Virus record (IMG/VR): IMGVR_UViG_3300044999_000017 | Location: 1-50,490 of that record | Length of the DNA: 50,490 bases | From: a virus | Lineage: Duplodnaviria > Caudoviricetes | Direction: 5' to 3' (one strand) | In this document: positions 34,376 to 42,704 of the stretch, in pieces | Position numbering within the stretch: position 1 is the first letter of the stretch | How the letters are laid out: the number at the start of each line of letters is the position of its first letter | The notes under the pieces: generated by a model | Seen by the model: only the letters and a program-made list of their open reading frames with translations | Told to the model about the DNA's origin: nothing | The model's database searches: none | Program-made: the position numbers and the translations under genes

Positions 34376-35545
34376 CTACATAACCACCAGCCCGAAACGT
34401 GGTGTTCGATTGGAATACAGGCCAACCTGCTGACGGATGATCGTCTTTTCGGTCATCAATTGATGTGTGGCATTAGCAAGCTCGCGTCTACTCAAGCCTT
34501 CGTTGAAATTGTACTGAATGATGAGTTTTGGGAGATAGTAGGGAGATGGTGCGGAGTCGCTGCCAAACACTCCCATGGCCGCAAGCTGTCCAATTGCGGT
34601 TGTCACTACTGCGCGGGCGTTGCCCTTGTTGATTGAATCTATCAGACCGCCTTCGGTTGGCTGTACGATGATGGTGTAAGTGCCGTCATCCCATACCATT
34701 TCGCACACATCGCGGCTGCTGTAGTTGACCTTGCGTTTGTAGAGCCAGCGCTTGTCGGTCGGACTGCTTTCATCATCGGTTTCCTCAAGTTGATTGGGTG
34801 GTTTATCGCCGAAATAGAGGCGAGCTCGGACCGCGTTTTCCCACGCAGTAGATCCAGAGTATTCGCTGCCCTTCGGTTTTGAGACATGTCCAATGAGCAG
34901 CATCGCCGCGTGTGTTGGCAGGCCGGCCCATGATAGCGCTGAGATGAATTCACGCACATGATGGCGGTCGTTCTCGTTGCCGCCGAACAGGCACGACAGG
35001 TTATCCAGCATGGCAACATCGGCGCGGTAGTCTCCGATCTGCTCACGTAATTCCTTGAGCATCGAGGTTCGAATCGGCTTGCCCATCATGATGTCAACCA
35101 GGCAGCACTCAACATCGCGTAGCGGCTGGATGATCAGGCGCTTGTCGAGGTCTGTGCGTCTTATGCCGGAATGTTCGCAAATCTTGATTTGTCGTCGAAT
35201 AAGCTCGTTTTCGTCATCTTCGGCGGCCCAGATCAATACTGTTCTGGGAGTTTGAATGGAGGCAATGAAATGGTCTTTGGCGACTAGCGCGGTAGCCATT
35301 TGCTGGATCAGTACGCTCTTGCCAATGCCGCCCAGACCGGAGAGCAGGGTCACGTAGTCCATTCCCAGCCAATGGTCGATGGCCCATTCTCGTTCTGGTG
35401 GCGGTCCGCGCTCCTCGGAAGCGGGCCAGTCGATCGGCGTTCGCTGGTAGGCTATCGGCTCCTCGCGCGGCACCACGTCGAGCTTGGTCACGGATGCTAA
35501 AGCCTTCCGCTCCTCCTCCGATTCATCCCGATCGGCCAAGATCAT
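34376..35545 (-). CDS. RepA-like AAA_25 helicase
   Basis: TLLSGLGGIGKS Walker A, AAEDD, MLDNL...GGNEND, LLIGH..K, GSTAWEN.VR. Confidence 0.88.
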   Translation of the reverse strand: MILADRDESEEERKALASVTKLDVVPREEPIAYQRTPIDWPASEERGPPPEREWAIDHWLGMDYVTLLSGLGGIGKSVLIQQMATALVAKDHFIASIQTPRTVLIWAAEDDENELIRRQIKICEHSGIRRTDLDKRLIIQPLRDVECCLVDIMMGKPIRTSMLKELREQIGDYRADVAMLDNLSCLFGGNENDRHHVREFISALSWAGLPTHAAMLLIGHVSKPKGSEYSGSTAWENAVRARLYFGDKPPNQLEETDDESSPTDKRWLYKRKVNYSSRDVCEMVWDDGTYTIIVQPTEGGLIDSINKGNARAVVTTAIGQLAAMGVFGSDSAPSPYYLPKLIIQYNFNEGLSRRELANATHQLMTEKTIIRQQVGLYSNRTPRFGLVVM

Positions 35546-35748
35546 TCCATCGGTTCTCGCAGACTGGTCAAAGCCCGCTCACGCGCCTCTGGCGTCAATT
35601 GCTGCAGCGCAAAATGGGCGGCGAATATGAGCGCTGAGTAAATCTCCTGGCGAAATCCAAGCCGGTCGTACTTATCAACCAGTACCATCAAATCATTAGT
35701 GATGGTGTCAGCTAGCGCCAAATTGATTGGCTTGTTGTCAGGATGCAT
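35542..35748 (-). CDS. hypothetical protein
   Basis: Coupled 68-aa ORF in the replication operon. Confidence 0.55.
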   Translation of the reverse strand: MHPDNKPINLALADTITNDLMVLVDKYDRLGFRQEIYSALIFAAHFALQQLTPEARERALTSLREPME

Positions 35749-36067
35749 CGCCAGGCCAATAAACCGTTACATGATCGGAAACGCCCACCAATCGCGCCAG
35801 GGGGAGCTCGAGGAGCTTTCGCGCCACTTCATGCATCCGATCCTGATTGCCGCCCAGCAACAGGCAATCCAAGCCGGCGGCGATGGAAAGATCAAGGTTT
35901 GCCAGGTCGCGATCGGGCGGGACCACGATTCGCCACTCAAACAGGTGGCGGCCGGCTTTCCAATCTATTGCGATGCACAATGAATTGGTGGGCGACTTTC
36001 CCTGCCGGCGCCTTTCGAGCAGTGCGCGCGCGTACGCGGGCAGTCGCAGCCCGCCGGTGGCGCTCAC
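35738..36067 (-). CDS. hypothetical protein
   Basis: Coupled 109-aa ORF (RLPAYAR.L...R..G..P; LD...AGLD). Confidence 0.6.
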   Translation of the reverse strand: MSATGGLRLPAYARALLERRRQGKSPTNSLCIAIDWKAGRHLFEWRIVVPPDRDLANLDLSIAAGLDCLLLGGNQDRMHEVARKLLELPLARLVGVSDHVTVYWPGDAS

Positions 36068-36255
36068 TCGGTCTCGACAGTTAGTTCGGCGTCGATGCCA
36101 TATTTGCGCAGAGCGTCGACATCAACTTCGGCCTGTCGCAAGTTGGTTCCGTAGTGCTTGAACAGCTTCTTCTTGTCGTGGGCGGTGTTCCAGCAAAAGA
36201 CGGTATGATAGGCGATTGCGGATTCCGATTCGGTATCCGCGTGGATTTGAGGCAT
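36064..36255 (-). CDS. hypothetical protein
   Basis: AGGAG RBS, 63 aa. Confidence 0.55.
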   Translation of the reverse strand: MPQIHADTESESAIAYHTVFCWNTAHDKKKLFKHYGTNLRQAEVDVDALRKYGIDAELTVETE

Positions 36256-36342
36256 GGGAAACTCCTAGATAGGTGGGCAGCGCCGCGGAAGGAGGAGTAA
36301 CGCCCGGCGCCCGTCGCTGGGGATCAGCCGCGACGTTGCCCG

Positions 36343-36528
36343 TTATTTGTCTGTTTTCATGTTCAACATAATGAATTCATAACCAGCTTGCATGCGGTTG
36401 ATGCGCCGGTCGGCTTCGTCCTGCTTCAGCTTTCCTTCCTTGACTAATTGCGGGAACGTGTCGCGGCGCATGGAGAGCTCGCGGCCTATCTCCTGCAGAA
36501 TCTCAGTGCGGGTTGCCAGCGGGGTCAT
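36343..36528 (-). CDS. conserved small phage protein
   Basis: REL.MR...FP..V..GK+....AD..I..M motif. Confidence 0.7.
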   Translation of the reverse strand: MTPLATRTEILQEIGRELSMRRDTFPQLVKEGKLKQDEADRRINRMQAGYEFIMLNMKTDK

Positions 36529-36830
36529 GGGCGTCGCAATCTGCCGCGGTAATACGCGACCAGATCGAGCGCAGCGCTCACGCTATCGACGGTATGCACC
36601 TTCCCATGCCATGCGCCGTGCCAAGTCTTCTGCGGGCCGGTAAGGGTGCGTCGCGACATGGCTTTGCTGCCGTCCTTGATCTCGAATAGCAGGTTGAAGC
36701 CACCGACGCCTACCAGCAGATCGGGAATCCCATGACCACACGCGGCAAGGCTCTGCACGCTGCAGCCGACTTGGCGTAGTACGTCGGCAATTTCGCCGTG
36801 GTTATCGTCAATCCGTGCTGCTAACCGCAT
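36525..36830 (-). CDS. PD-(D/E)XK (VRR-NUC-like) nuclease / resolvase
   Basis: MRLAARIDDNH.EI...LR..G.SV...G.G.PDLLVG....LFEIKDG...LT..Q..W. Confidence 0.8.
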   Translation of the reverse strand: MRLAARIDDNHGEIADVLRQVGCSVQSLAACGHGIPDLLVGVGGFNLLFEIKDGSKAMSRRTLTGPQKTWHGAWHGKVHTVDSVSAALDLVAYYRGRLRRP

Positions 36831-36915
36831 GGCTAAAGTCCAAAAGAGTTCCCGGCGGAACTGTCTAGCCCGCCGGGAAATCGAATCCGCTGCGCAGTCA
36901 GCAGCGGCGATGCTC

Positions 36916-37428
36916 TTACGCCGTGACGCCAGGTCCGACGACCTCGATCGAACCTGCAACGGCCAAGCCGGGCGCGACACCGAGCGAGCCCTGCAACAGG
37001 TAGTTGCCGGGCGTGCCGAGCTTCGTCTGATCACCGAACGCCGCGGTGATGTTGATGGCGCCCACCTTGCCGGTCAGGGTCAGCGTCGCCCCTTGCGGAT
37101 TGGCTGGATCCGGCGCCACCAGCGTTGCCAGGGTTGTGTCGTCGATCGCGAAAACCGGGATGCTGGTCTCGGTGGTCGTGTTGCCCTTGTCATCGACGAA
37201 CTTGTCGACGCTGAGTTGAAACGGGCCGCCGTCTACTGTGGTGTTGCTCATAAAATTTCCTTTAAAAGAGATTTCAAATCCCGGGAACTTGATTCGCCAC
37301 CCCCGGGTTTCCGACTCGATTCCAAGCAGCGAATCAAGTTTGCCTTCGACGCTTACGAACCCGGCAGCCAGAGCTTCCAGAATCCGCTTGCGTTCTTTCT
37401 TGAAACTAATGCATTTGCTGATGTTCAT
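36916..37428 (-). CDS. hypothetical protein with Ig-like C-terminal region
   Basis: Start MNISK at 37428 (ATGA overlap); internal MSNTT is an alternative start. Confidence 0.55.
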   Translation of the reverse strand: MNISKCISFKKERKRILEALAAGFVSVEGKLDSLLGIESETRGWRIKFPGFEISFKGNFMSNTTVDGGPFQLSVDKFVDDKGNTTTETSIPVFAIDDTTLATLVAPDPANPQGATLTLTGKVGAINITAAFGDQTKLGTPGNYLLQGSLGVAPGLAVAGSIEVVGPGVTA

Positions 37429-37736
37429 TCGGAGTCCTCGAATAACAATGAGTGGGTCGCGGCAAAACGACGAAACAAGATGTCTTGCGCGTGGGCCGTC
37501 TCGCGATCGACACAAACCTTTTCCTTGCCCACTATTTTCTTGTCCAAGATGTCCAACAACTTTGGGATGTCGTCGAGCCTCACGCCCTGCTCGCCATTGA
37601 GAACCTTGGTCGTCCACGATTCGCCCTTGTCCATAGCGGAATCAATGTATTCACGCTTTAGTTTCCCGATGGCTTCCCGAAGTCCTCTTGAGTTAGGGAG
37701 TGCCGTGGGAGGGGGGATCTGCGACAGTTCGGCCAT
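37425..37736 (-). CDS. CII-like transcription regulator
   Basis: HTH-like AMDKGESWTTKVLNGE; directly after the Cro-like gene. Confidence 0.6.
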   Translation of the reverse strand: MAELSQIPPPTALPNSRGLREAIGKLKREYIDSAMDKGESWTTKVLNGEQGVRLDDIPKLLDILDKKIVGKEKVCVDRETAHAQDILFRRFAATHSLLFEDSE

Positions 37737-37739
37737 GAC

Positions 37740-37946
37740 CTACGCCCGCGCCCGTTTCTTGTCATCGGCAGATAGCCAGTCGGCTATGGCCTGGACGGTT
37801 GATGCCCTTGGGTCGCGGTCCTCGTGAACGAGACGCCAAATCGTGGAGTACCTGACTCCCGATTCCGAAGCGATGGTGAGCCAGCCGGGATTCTCGCGAC
37901 GCTTGTTGAGCCCGCTGCGAACATTAGCGATAAGATCGTTTGCCAT
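37740..37946 (-). CDS. Cro-like XRE HTH protein
   Basis: IASESGVRYSTIWRL...DPRASTVQAI; divergent from the repressor. Confidence 0.8.
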   Translation of the reverse strand: MANDLIANVRSGLNKRRENPGWLTIASESGVRYSTIWRLVHEDRDPRASTVQAIADWLSADDKKRARA

Positions 37947-37953
37947 GGTCGAC

Positions 37954-37983
37954 AGCGTATGCCTTTTGGCATAGTGCCGTCAA
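37954..37983 (-). promoter_or_regulatory. PR-like promoter with operator TATGCC-TTTT-GGCATA (37958-37973)
   Basis: Minus strand TTGACG-18-TACGCT, 7 nt before the cro ATG. Confidence 0.75.
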
Positions 37984-38033
37984 GCGCTACCGCATGCCCA
38001 AGTACATTGGCTTTACCAGTAGCGTCGGCGGGC

Positions 38034-38534
38034 ATGGACCCAAAGGATCTTAAGCAAGTGCTGAAGGCCAACATCATTGCGTTATGCGAGCACCTTGGCG
38101 AAAATAATGGTGTGTGGCGTATGCACAAGGGCAAGTGGCGCGTAAATCAAGCTGGCCTGAGCGAGCGCATCTCGAAACAGGGAAAACGTGGCGAGAACTT
38201 GAATCAGAGCGAAATTTCACGGTTACTGACCGGCGACCGATTCGCTACACTAAATACTCTTGAAGCATTGGCGGCCGGACTGAGCGTTCCAGGCGCGGAG
38301 ATCGAGGCATGGATGATGCTCGTATGGAACCTAGACCCATTGGACAGGCCCATCTTGACTAACCGCGCAGCCTTGGCGCGGACCTTTGGGGTAGAGCTCG
38401 GCGGCGGGTATGGCAAGCAGAAAACAAAAGCAGATAGCCAGCTTTTTAGCGACCCTGTTCATCGAGACAGCGCGGGCGTTCGCACCGCGACCAAAGCCAG
38501 AGTCGTCAAAGCCAAGCGCAAGCGCGCCCGTTAG
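38034..38534 (+). CDS. CI-like XRE repressor (no S24 peptidase domain seen)
   Basis: NQAGLSERI...LNQSEISRLL.G....TL.TLEALA.GL; divergent from cro. Confidence 0.75.
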   Translation: MDPKDLKQVLKANIIALCEHLGENNGVWRMHKGKWRVNQAGLSERISKQGKRGENLNQSEISRLLTGDRFATLNTLEALAAGLSVPGAEIEAWMMLVWNLDPLDRPILTNRAALARTFGVELGGGYGKQKTKADSQLFSDPVHRDSAGVRTATKARVVKAKRKRAR

Positions 38535-38651
38535 TACGAAGCGCCGCAAACCGGCGCAACCTGACGCCCGCCGACAGCGGCGCAAATTGTAGTCCTCACC
38601 TTCTGTAGCCCCCGTTTGCAACAAATAGTTGCTGGTTTATGCACAAACCCA

Positions 38652-38680
38652 TTGACAGGCTGTATGCCAACTGGCATAGT
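38652..38680 (+). promoter_or_regulatory. PL-like promoter with operator TATGCC-AACT-GGCATA (38663-38678)
   Basis: TTGACA-17-CATAGT with the palindrome overlapping the spacer and -10. Confidence 0.8.
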
Positions 38681-38805
38681 CCTTATGCGCTTAGGGCGCG
38701 GATACCGGAGCGGCAAATGAATCTCGTAATCGTAATCGCGCTGACGCTGTTCGATTCCATTGTTTGGATACGGGTGGGATTGGATCTGTTGCGGTCGGCG
38801 GCGAC

Positions 38806-39195
38806 GTGAGCACAGCAACGAAGCGCCAGCCATCGCCAGAAATTGTTGCGCGGATGCGTGAGTACCGAGCCAATAAATGGCGTTGGCACGACGGGACTTG
38901 TCGCTTCTGCGGATACCTTGCTGGCGCTCGCCGCTGCTTGAAATATGGGACGCGGCACTACGCGTGCGCCGAGTGTGTCAACGGCATTCTGCTGCGTGCC
39001 GACCTCGCCGCGGCTGAGAAATTCGGCAAAGAAAAGATAACGATCAACCCGTATCCAGATTCAGCGCTTGCTCAGAAAATGGCACCGCAAGTGAGAGTGC
39101 TACCGGGCGAACGACCAGTCACGCGCGACTGCTATGGCGCACACACGATAAGTTGGGCTGGCGGCGCGACGCCGAAAAGGAAACCGGCGCCATGA
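38806..39195 (+). CDS. Zn-finger hypothetical protein
   Basis: CRFC...KYGTRHYAC.EC; start uncertain. Confidence 0.55.
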   Translation: MSTATKRQPSPEIVARMREYRANKWRWHDGTCRFCGYLAGARRCLKYGTRHYACAECVNGILLRADLAAAEKFGKEKITINPYPDSALAQKMAPQVRVLPGERPVTRDCYGAHTISWAGGATPKRKPAP

Positions 39196-39488
39196 ACTCG
39201 CCACTAGGCGACATGCTATTCGAGCAAGGCGCGAAGCTAAATCGGGTAGCGGAGAAAGCGTACGAACGCGATCTCGATCCGCCCGATGGTCTCGGTGATC
39301 TCACAGATGCGGAAGTGAATGCCGTGCAGCGGATCGTGGAAATGCGCGCCGAGGACGAGATGCTTGAGGCCCGCGACAATTTCCGCGACTGGGTCAGTAG
39401 CAACAAACGAGTTTTGCAGGACTGGCAGCAATACCGCGTGGCGATGCTGTCGGAAGATGAACAACGCGAAATATTGGAGACGCTATGA
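39192..39488 (+). CDS. hypothetical protein
   Basis: ATGA-coupled acidic ORF. Confidence 0.6.
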   Translation: MNSPLGDMLFEQGAKLNRVAEKAYERDLDPPDGLGDLTDAEVNAVQRIVEMRAEDEMLEARDNFRDWVSSNKRVLQDWQQYRVAMLSEDEQREILETL

Positions 39489-39805
39489 CGCCAGCAGAAG
39501 TCTTGGAGAAGGCCGCAGATGTGATCGACGAGCGCGGGCATTGCAAGGGCAAATTAATAGACAGCAGCGGTCGCGTCTGCATTACCGGAGCCATCTGTTT
39601 TGCAATAAACGGTTATGCCGGAGGCCGTCCTGTTGGGGGCATAACACAATATCTTCATGCTGTCATTGGACGCGATGTAATTTCGTGGAACGACGCTCCC
39701 GAGCGCACCGCCGCAGAAGTAACCAGCACCATGCGTGCCGTCGCTGCCGTCTTGCGAGCGCAGGAAGCCCAAGAGCCGGTGCGCGAGACGGAGACAGCGC
39801 TGTGA
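39485..39805 (+). CDS. DUF6197-like protein
   Basis: VLEKAADVI..RG...G......G..C..GAI...WND.PERT..EV. Confidence 0.7.
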   Translation: MTPAEVLEKAADVIDERGHCKGKLIDSSGRVCITGAICFAINGYAGGRPVGGITQYLHAVIGRDVISWNDAPERTAAEVTSTMRAVAAVLRAQEAQEPVRETETAL

Positions 39806-40002
39806 GGCTCGCCATTCTCTGCGCGCTGCTCCTCGTCGCCGGCTGTGATGACGATAATCCAACGATGAAAAGCCGGCTTGGGGATGGACAAGCGATGGTC
39901 GTTATGGACGAACAAGGGAATCGATACGTCGTAACGCATGCCGACAGCAAGATATACCACGTTGTTCCGATCGATTCGTCGTTCAGGGAGCGCGCCAAAT
40001 GA
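39802..40002 (+). CDS. small lipoprotein
   Basis: GTG start, MRLAILCALLLVAGC lipobox. Confidence 0.6.
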   Translation: MRLAILCALLLVAGCDDDNPTMKSRLGDGQAMVVMDEQGNRYVVTHADSKIYHVVPIDSSFRERAK

Positions 40003-40271
40003 GCGCTGTGAGCCTTCGCCAGATCTATCTCGATGCAGCTGAGTACGTGCGCAAGCATGGTCTGTCCGACGGCCAGGGTCGCGATGGCGGCCCACGTTGT
40101 TTCGCCGGTGCCATTAATAGCGCGATGCGCGGTCAGCCAATGCCTGCAGACGTTCCCGAATTGGCTGCCGTTATTAGTCGCAGCGCATTTATTCACCCTG
40201 TCCGCGACGGCTGGACTACGCGTGACGCCATTGCCGCCTTCGAGATTGCCGCTGATCTAGCGACGCCATGA
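39999..40271 (+). CDS. DUF6197-like paralog
   Basis: AAEYV..HG...G.....GPRC..GAI. Confidence 0.6.
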   Translation: MSAVSLRQIYLDAAEYVRKHGLSDGQGRDGGPRCFAGAINSAMRGQPMPADVPELAAVISRSAFIHPVRDGWTTRDAIAAFEIAADLATP

Positions 40272-40453
40272 CCGCCAAGCTGACCCCTGCCGAAATCGCT
40301 CGCTGCATCCAAATCTACATGGGCGCGAAGCTCGGCGTGATGCCGGACACGCTCACGGTATGCCTGCACTGGCGCGGGCGCTATGCAACGGTGGAAACCG
40401 GCAAGGGTCATCCCGCAATGTCTGACGAAGATAAGCGAGCCATAGGCCAATGA
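40268..40453 (+). CDS. hypothetical protein
   Basis: ATGA-coupled 61 aa. Confidence 0.5.
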   Translation: MTAKLTPAEIARCIQIYMGAKLGVMPDTLTVCLHWRGRYATVETGKGHPAMSDEDKRAIGQ

Positions 40454-40602
40454 AACCAGCCATACCAATCACGGACCCGCGATTTGTCTATACGCATTCG
40501 ACGCATACGGACTTGCGGAAAAGCTTTGCGCGCATTCGCAAAGAGGCGGAGAAAGCCAAGCCGCAGACGCATGTGGTCATTGATTTGAAAAGGAAGCCGT
40601 GA
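40450..40602 (+). CDS. small basic phage protein
   Basis: Manual: MKPAIPITDPRFVYTHSTHTDLRKSFARIRKEAEK... Confidence 0.6.
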   Translation: MKPAIPITDPRFVYTHSTHTDLRKSFARIRKEAEKAKPQTHVVIDLKRKP

Positions 40603-40805
40603 TGAACGCTGAAGTGAAACTGAAAAAGTTTGTGGTCATCCCGCGCGATGCGCTTGAGTGCTTGACCAATCGACACGGCACGCTTGACGAGGCTACTGGC
40701 GATGCGGAGGCGCGCTGTGCGGAAACCGGCATGACGACATTCGTAATCGAGTTGAAGGCTGTCGCTGCGCGAGCGGATAGGCCGGTAAAGGTACGGAAAC
40801 TGTGA
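40602..40805 (+). CDS. hypothetical protein
   Basis: Coupled ORF. Confidence 0.55.
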   Translation: MNAEVKLKKFVVIPRDALECLTNRHGTLDEATGDAEARCAETGMTTFVIELKAVAARADRPVKVRKL

Positions 40806-41134
40806 GTGCTGAGTACCGCGCATTGATGGCGCTCTCTCAACCGACGACGCAAAAACCGGGCGATATGTGGTTATGCCGAAGGCTTGGCATTGTGCGTGTA
40901 ATGACCGCTCACAAGCGCGGGCAGGCGAAGCGCTCGCGGTTGACCTACTTCAGTCTTTATCACTTCGGGGAGCCGGGCTTGTATTTGCATCCGCAAGATT
41001 GGCGAGACAACGACGCCAATGGTTCCGTATTCGACCCCGATGGGCCACGCGAGGAAACATGGCAGTACATCGGCAATATTCTTGCGATGCTCCCATACGA
41101 ATTGCTGGCCGGCGTGTCGTGGAAATGGTCATGA
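40802..41134 (+). CDS. hypothetical protein
   Basis: GTGA-coupled 110 aa. Confidence 0.55.
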   Translation: MSAEYRALMALSQPTTQKPGDMWLCRRLGIVRVMTAHKRGQAKRSRLTYFSLYHFGEPGLYLHPQDWRDNDANGSVFDPDGPREETWQYIGNILAMLPYELLAGVSWKWS

Positions 41135-41336
41135 CCATGCGCGACATTTGGCGCTTTCTACACCTTCGCTGGAGGTTTGCGCGTTGCAAGACACCGGAAC
41201 AGCGCAGCCATGTACGCAGGAGTCATGCGCAGATTTACAGGACGCGAAAGAGCAAAACGTGAACGACGCAGCACAGCAGCCGCACGACCACGACCACGAA
41301 CAGTGGCTCCAATACTTACACGAACAGGACACGCAC

Positions 41337-41732
41337 ATGAAACTCAATGACATGATCGAATCGACCTACCTCAAGCAAGAGGACGTGGACGGCGAAAAGC
41401 TAGTCACTGTCGCCAGCATGAAAAAGGTGAACATCGCGCGGGACGACGAGGATGCGCGGTACAAATGGACAATCAAGTTCGAGGAGTTCGCAAAGCCGAT
41501 GGCGATGAATGTTACGAACTTGAAGCGCATGTTCCGGTTCCTGGGTGACGACAGCGACAACTGGATCGGCGGCAAGGTCATCGTGTACGCGGACCCGGAC
41601 GTGGAATACAAGGGCGAGACTGTTGGCGGATTGCGGATCAAGGCCGCGCCGCGCGCAAAGAAGCCGCTGACCGAGGACGAAGCGAACCGCAAGCTGCGCG
41701 AAATGGAAGATGACTCAAGCGTGCCATTCTGA
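41337..41732 (+). CDS. putative ssDNA-binding / recombination partner protein
   Basis: S.YLK..D....VT+......K....N.TN......GDD...W.G..+.+Y....V...G..VGG+RI with an acidic tail ending VPF; upstream of the exonuclease. Confidence 0.65.
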   Translation: MKLNDMIESTYLKQEDVDGEKLVTVASMKKVNIARDDEDARYKWTIKFEEFAKPMAMNVTNLKRMFRFLGDDSDNWIGGKVIVYADPDVEYKGETVGGLRIKAAPRAKKPLTEDEANRKLREMEDDSSVPF

Positions 41733-42349
41733 TGATGACCGGCGACGAAAAGGCGTTCTGGCTCAACTCCAGATGCGGCAAGCTCACAGCTTCGCGCATG
41801 GCCGACGCTATGGACTTCCTGCGCGACGGCAAGACACCATCGGCACGGCGCGTGAAGCTGATGCAAGAGCTACTTGCGGAGCGGCTGACCGGTGACTCTA
41901 TGCCGCACGTCGTCACTGATGCGATGGAACACGGGCTGGAATACGAGGACGAGGCTGTCGATATGTTCGTGGAGCTGACCGGCCGCGATGTGAAGATGAG
42001 CCGCTATTACGATCATCCGACCATCGAGAACTTTGGCGCCACGCCTGACCGAGAAGTGAACGATGGGCTGATGGAGGTCAAGTGTCCGAGCACGCCCAAG
42101 TTCATATGCTGGCGCTTGGCCGGCGTGGTGCCGGAGGAGCACAAGCCGCAGATGCTCGCCCAGCTCGCGTGCACCGGCAAGAAATGGTGTGGCTTCCTGG
42201 CCTACGACCCGCGCATTCGTGAAGTCAGCAAGCGGCTGTTCATGGCGAAGTTCGAGCCGAGCGCGGAGCAGATCGCGGCAGTCGAGAATGCGGCGCGGAC
42301 ATTCCTTGCCGAACTCGACGAGATGTTCTCACAGTTCGTCACAGCATGA
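41732..42349 (+). CDS. YqaJ / lambda-exonuclease family protein
   Basis: W...RCGKLTAS, AME.G...E, GATPD, EVKCP, QM..QLAC, F.AYDPR. Confidence 0.9.
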   Translation: MMTGDEKAFWLNSRCGKLTASRMADAMDFLRDGKTPSARRVKLMQELLAERLTGDSMPHVVTDAMEHGLEYEDEAVDMFVELTGRDVKMSRYYDHPTIENFGATPDREVNDGLMEVKCPSTPKFICWRLAGVVPEEHKPQMLAQLACTGKKWCGFLAYDPRIREVSKRLFMAKFEPSAEQIAAVENAARTFLAELDEMFSQFVTA

Positions 42350-42516
42350 TCTCAATCTGGTGGGCATTCGCAGCCTTTCTAGCCGGCGGCATGTGCGGGG
42401 TTATCGGCATGGCGCTACTGCAATTTGCGGGCGCGTTGCCACGACCGAGAATCGACCTGCGGCAGAGCCATCCGCAAAGTCTGAGTCCGTGGCTTGATAG
42501 ACCATCTGGCGCATGA
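42346..42516 (+). CDS. small TM peptide
   Basis: Manual: MISIWWAFAAFLAGGMCGVIGMALL... Confidence 0.5.
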   Translation: MISIWWAFAAFLAGGMCGVIGMALLQFAGALPRPRIDLRQSHPQSLSPWLDRPSGA

Positions 42517-42704
42517 GGGATGGAGTGAAACTTAAATTATCGGCATCAAAGAAAGTGGTCCGCACCGGATGCCTCGATGCGTGGTGGTACGAAAACAAAC
42601 GGTCGATAGACGTGTACGTCGAAGCCTACGGCACGCGGCAGATCACGCATTGCCGCATACCACGTGCGGCGCTAGTCGATTACATTCGCCGGAGTCGGCC
42701 GTGA
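42513..42704 (+). CDS. hypothetical protein
   Basis: AWWYE....I.VY motif; coupled. Confidence 0.55.
   Translation: MRDGVKLKLSASKKVVRTGCLDAWWYENKRSIDVYVEAYGTRQITHCRIPRAALVDYIRRSRP

Noticed and set aside
32618-34383. Target-site duplication of the IS
   Set aside because: The flanking 8-mers do not match, so none is claimed
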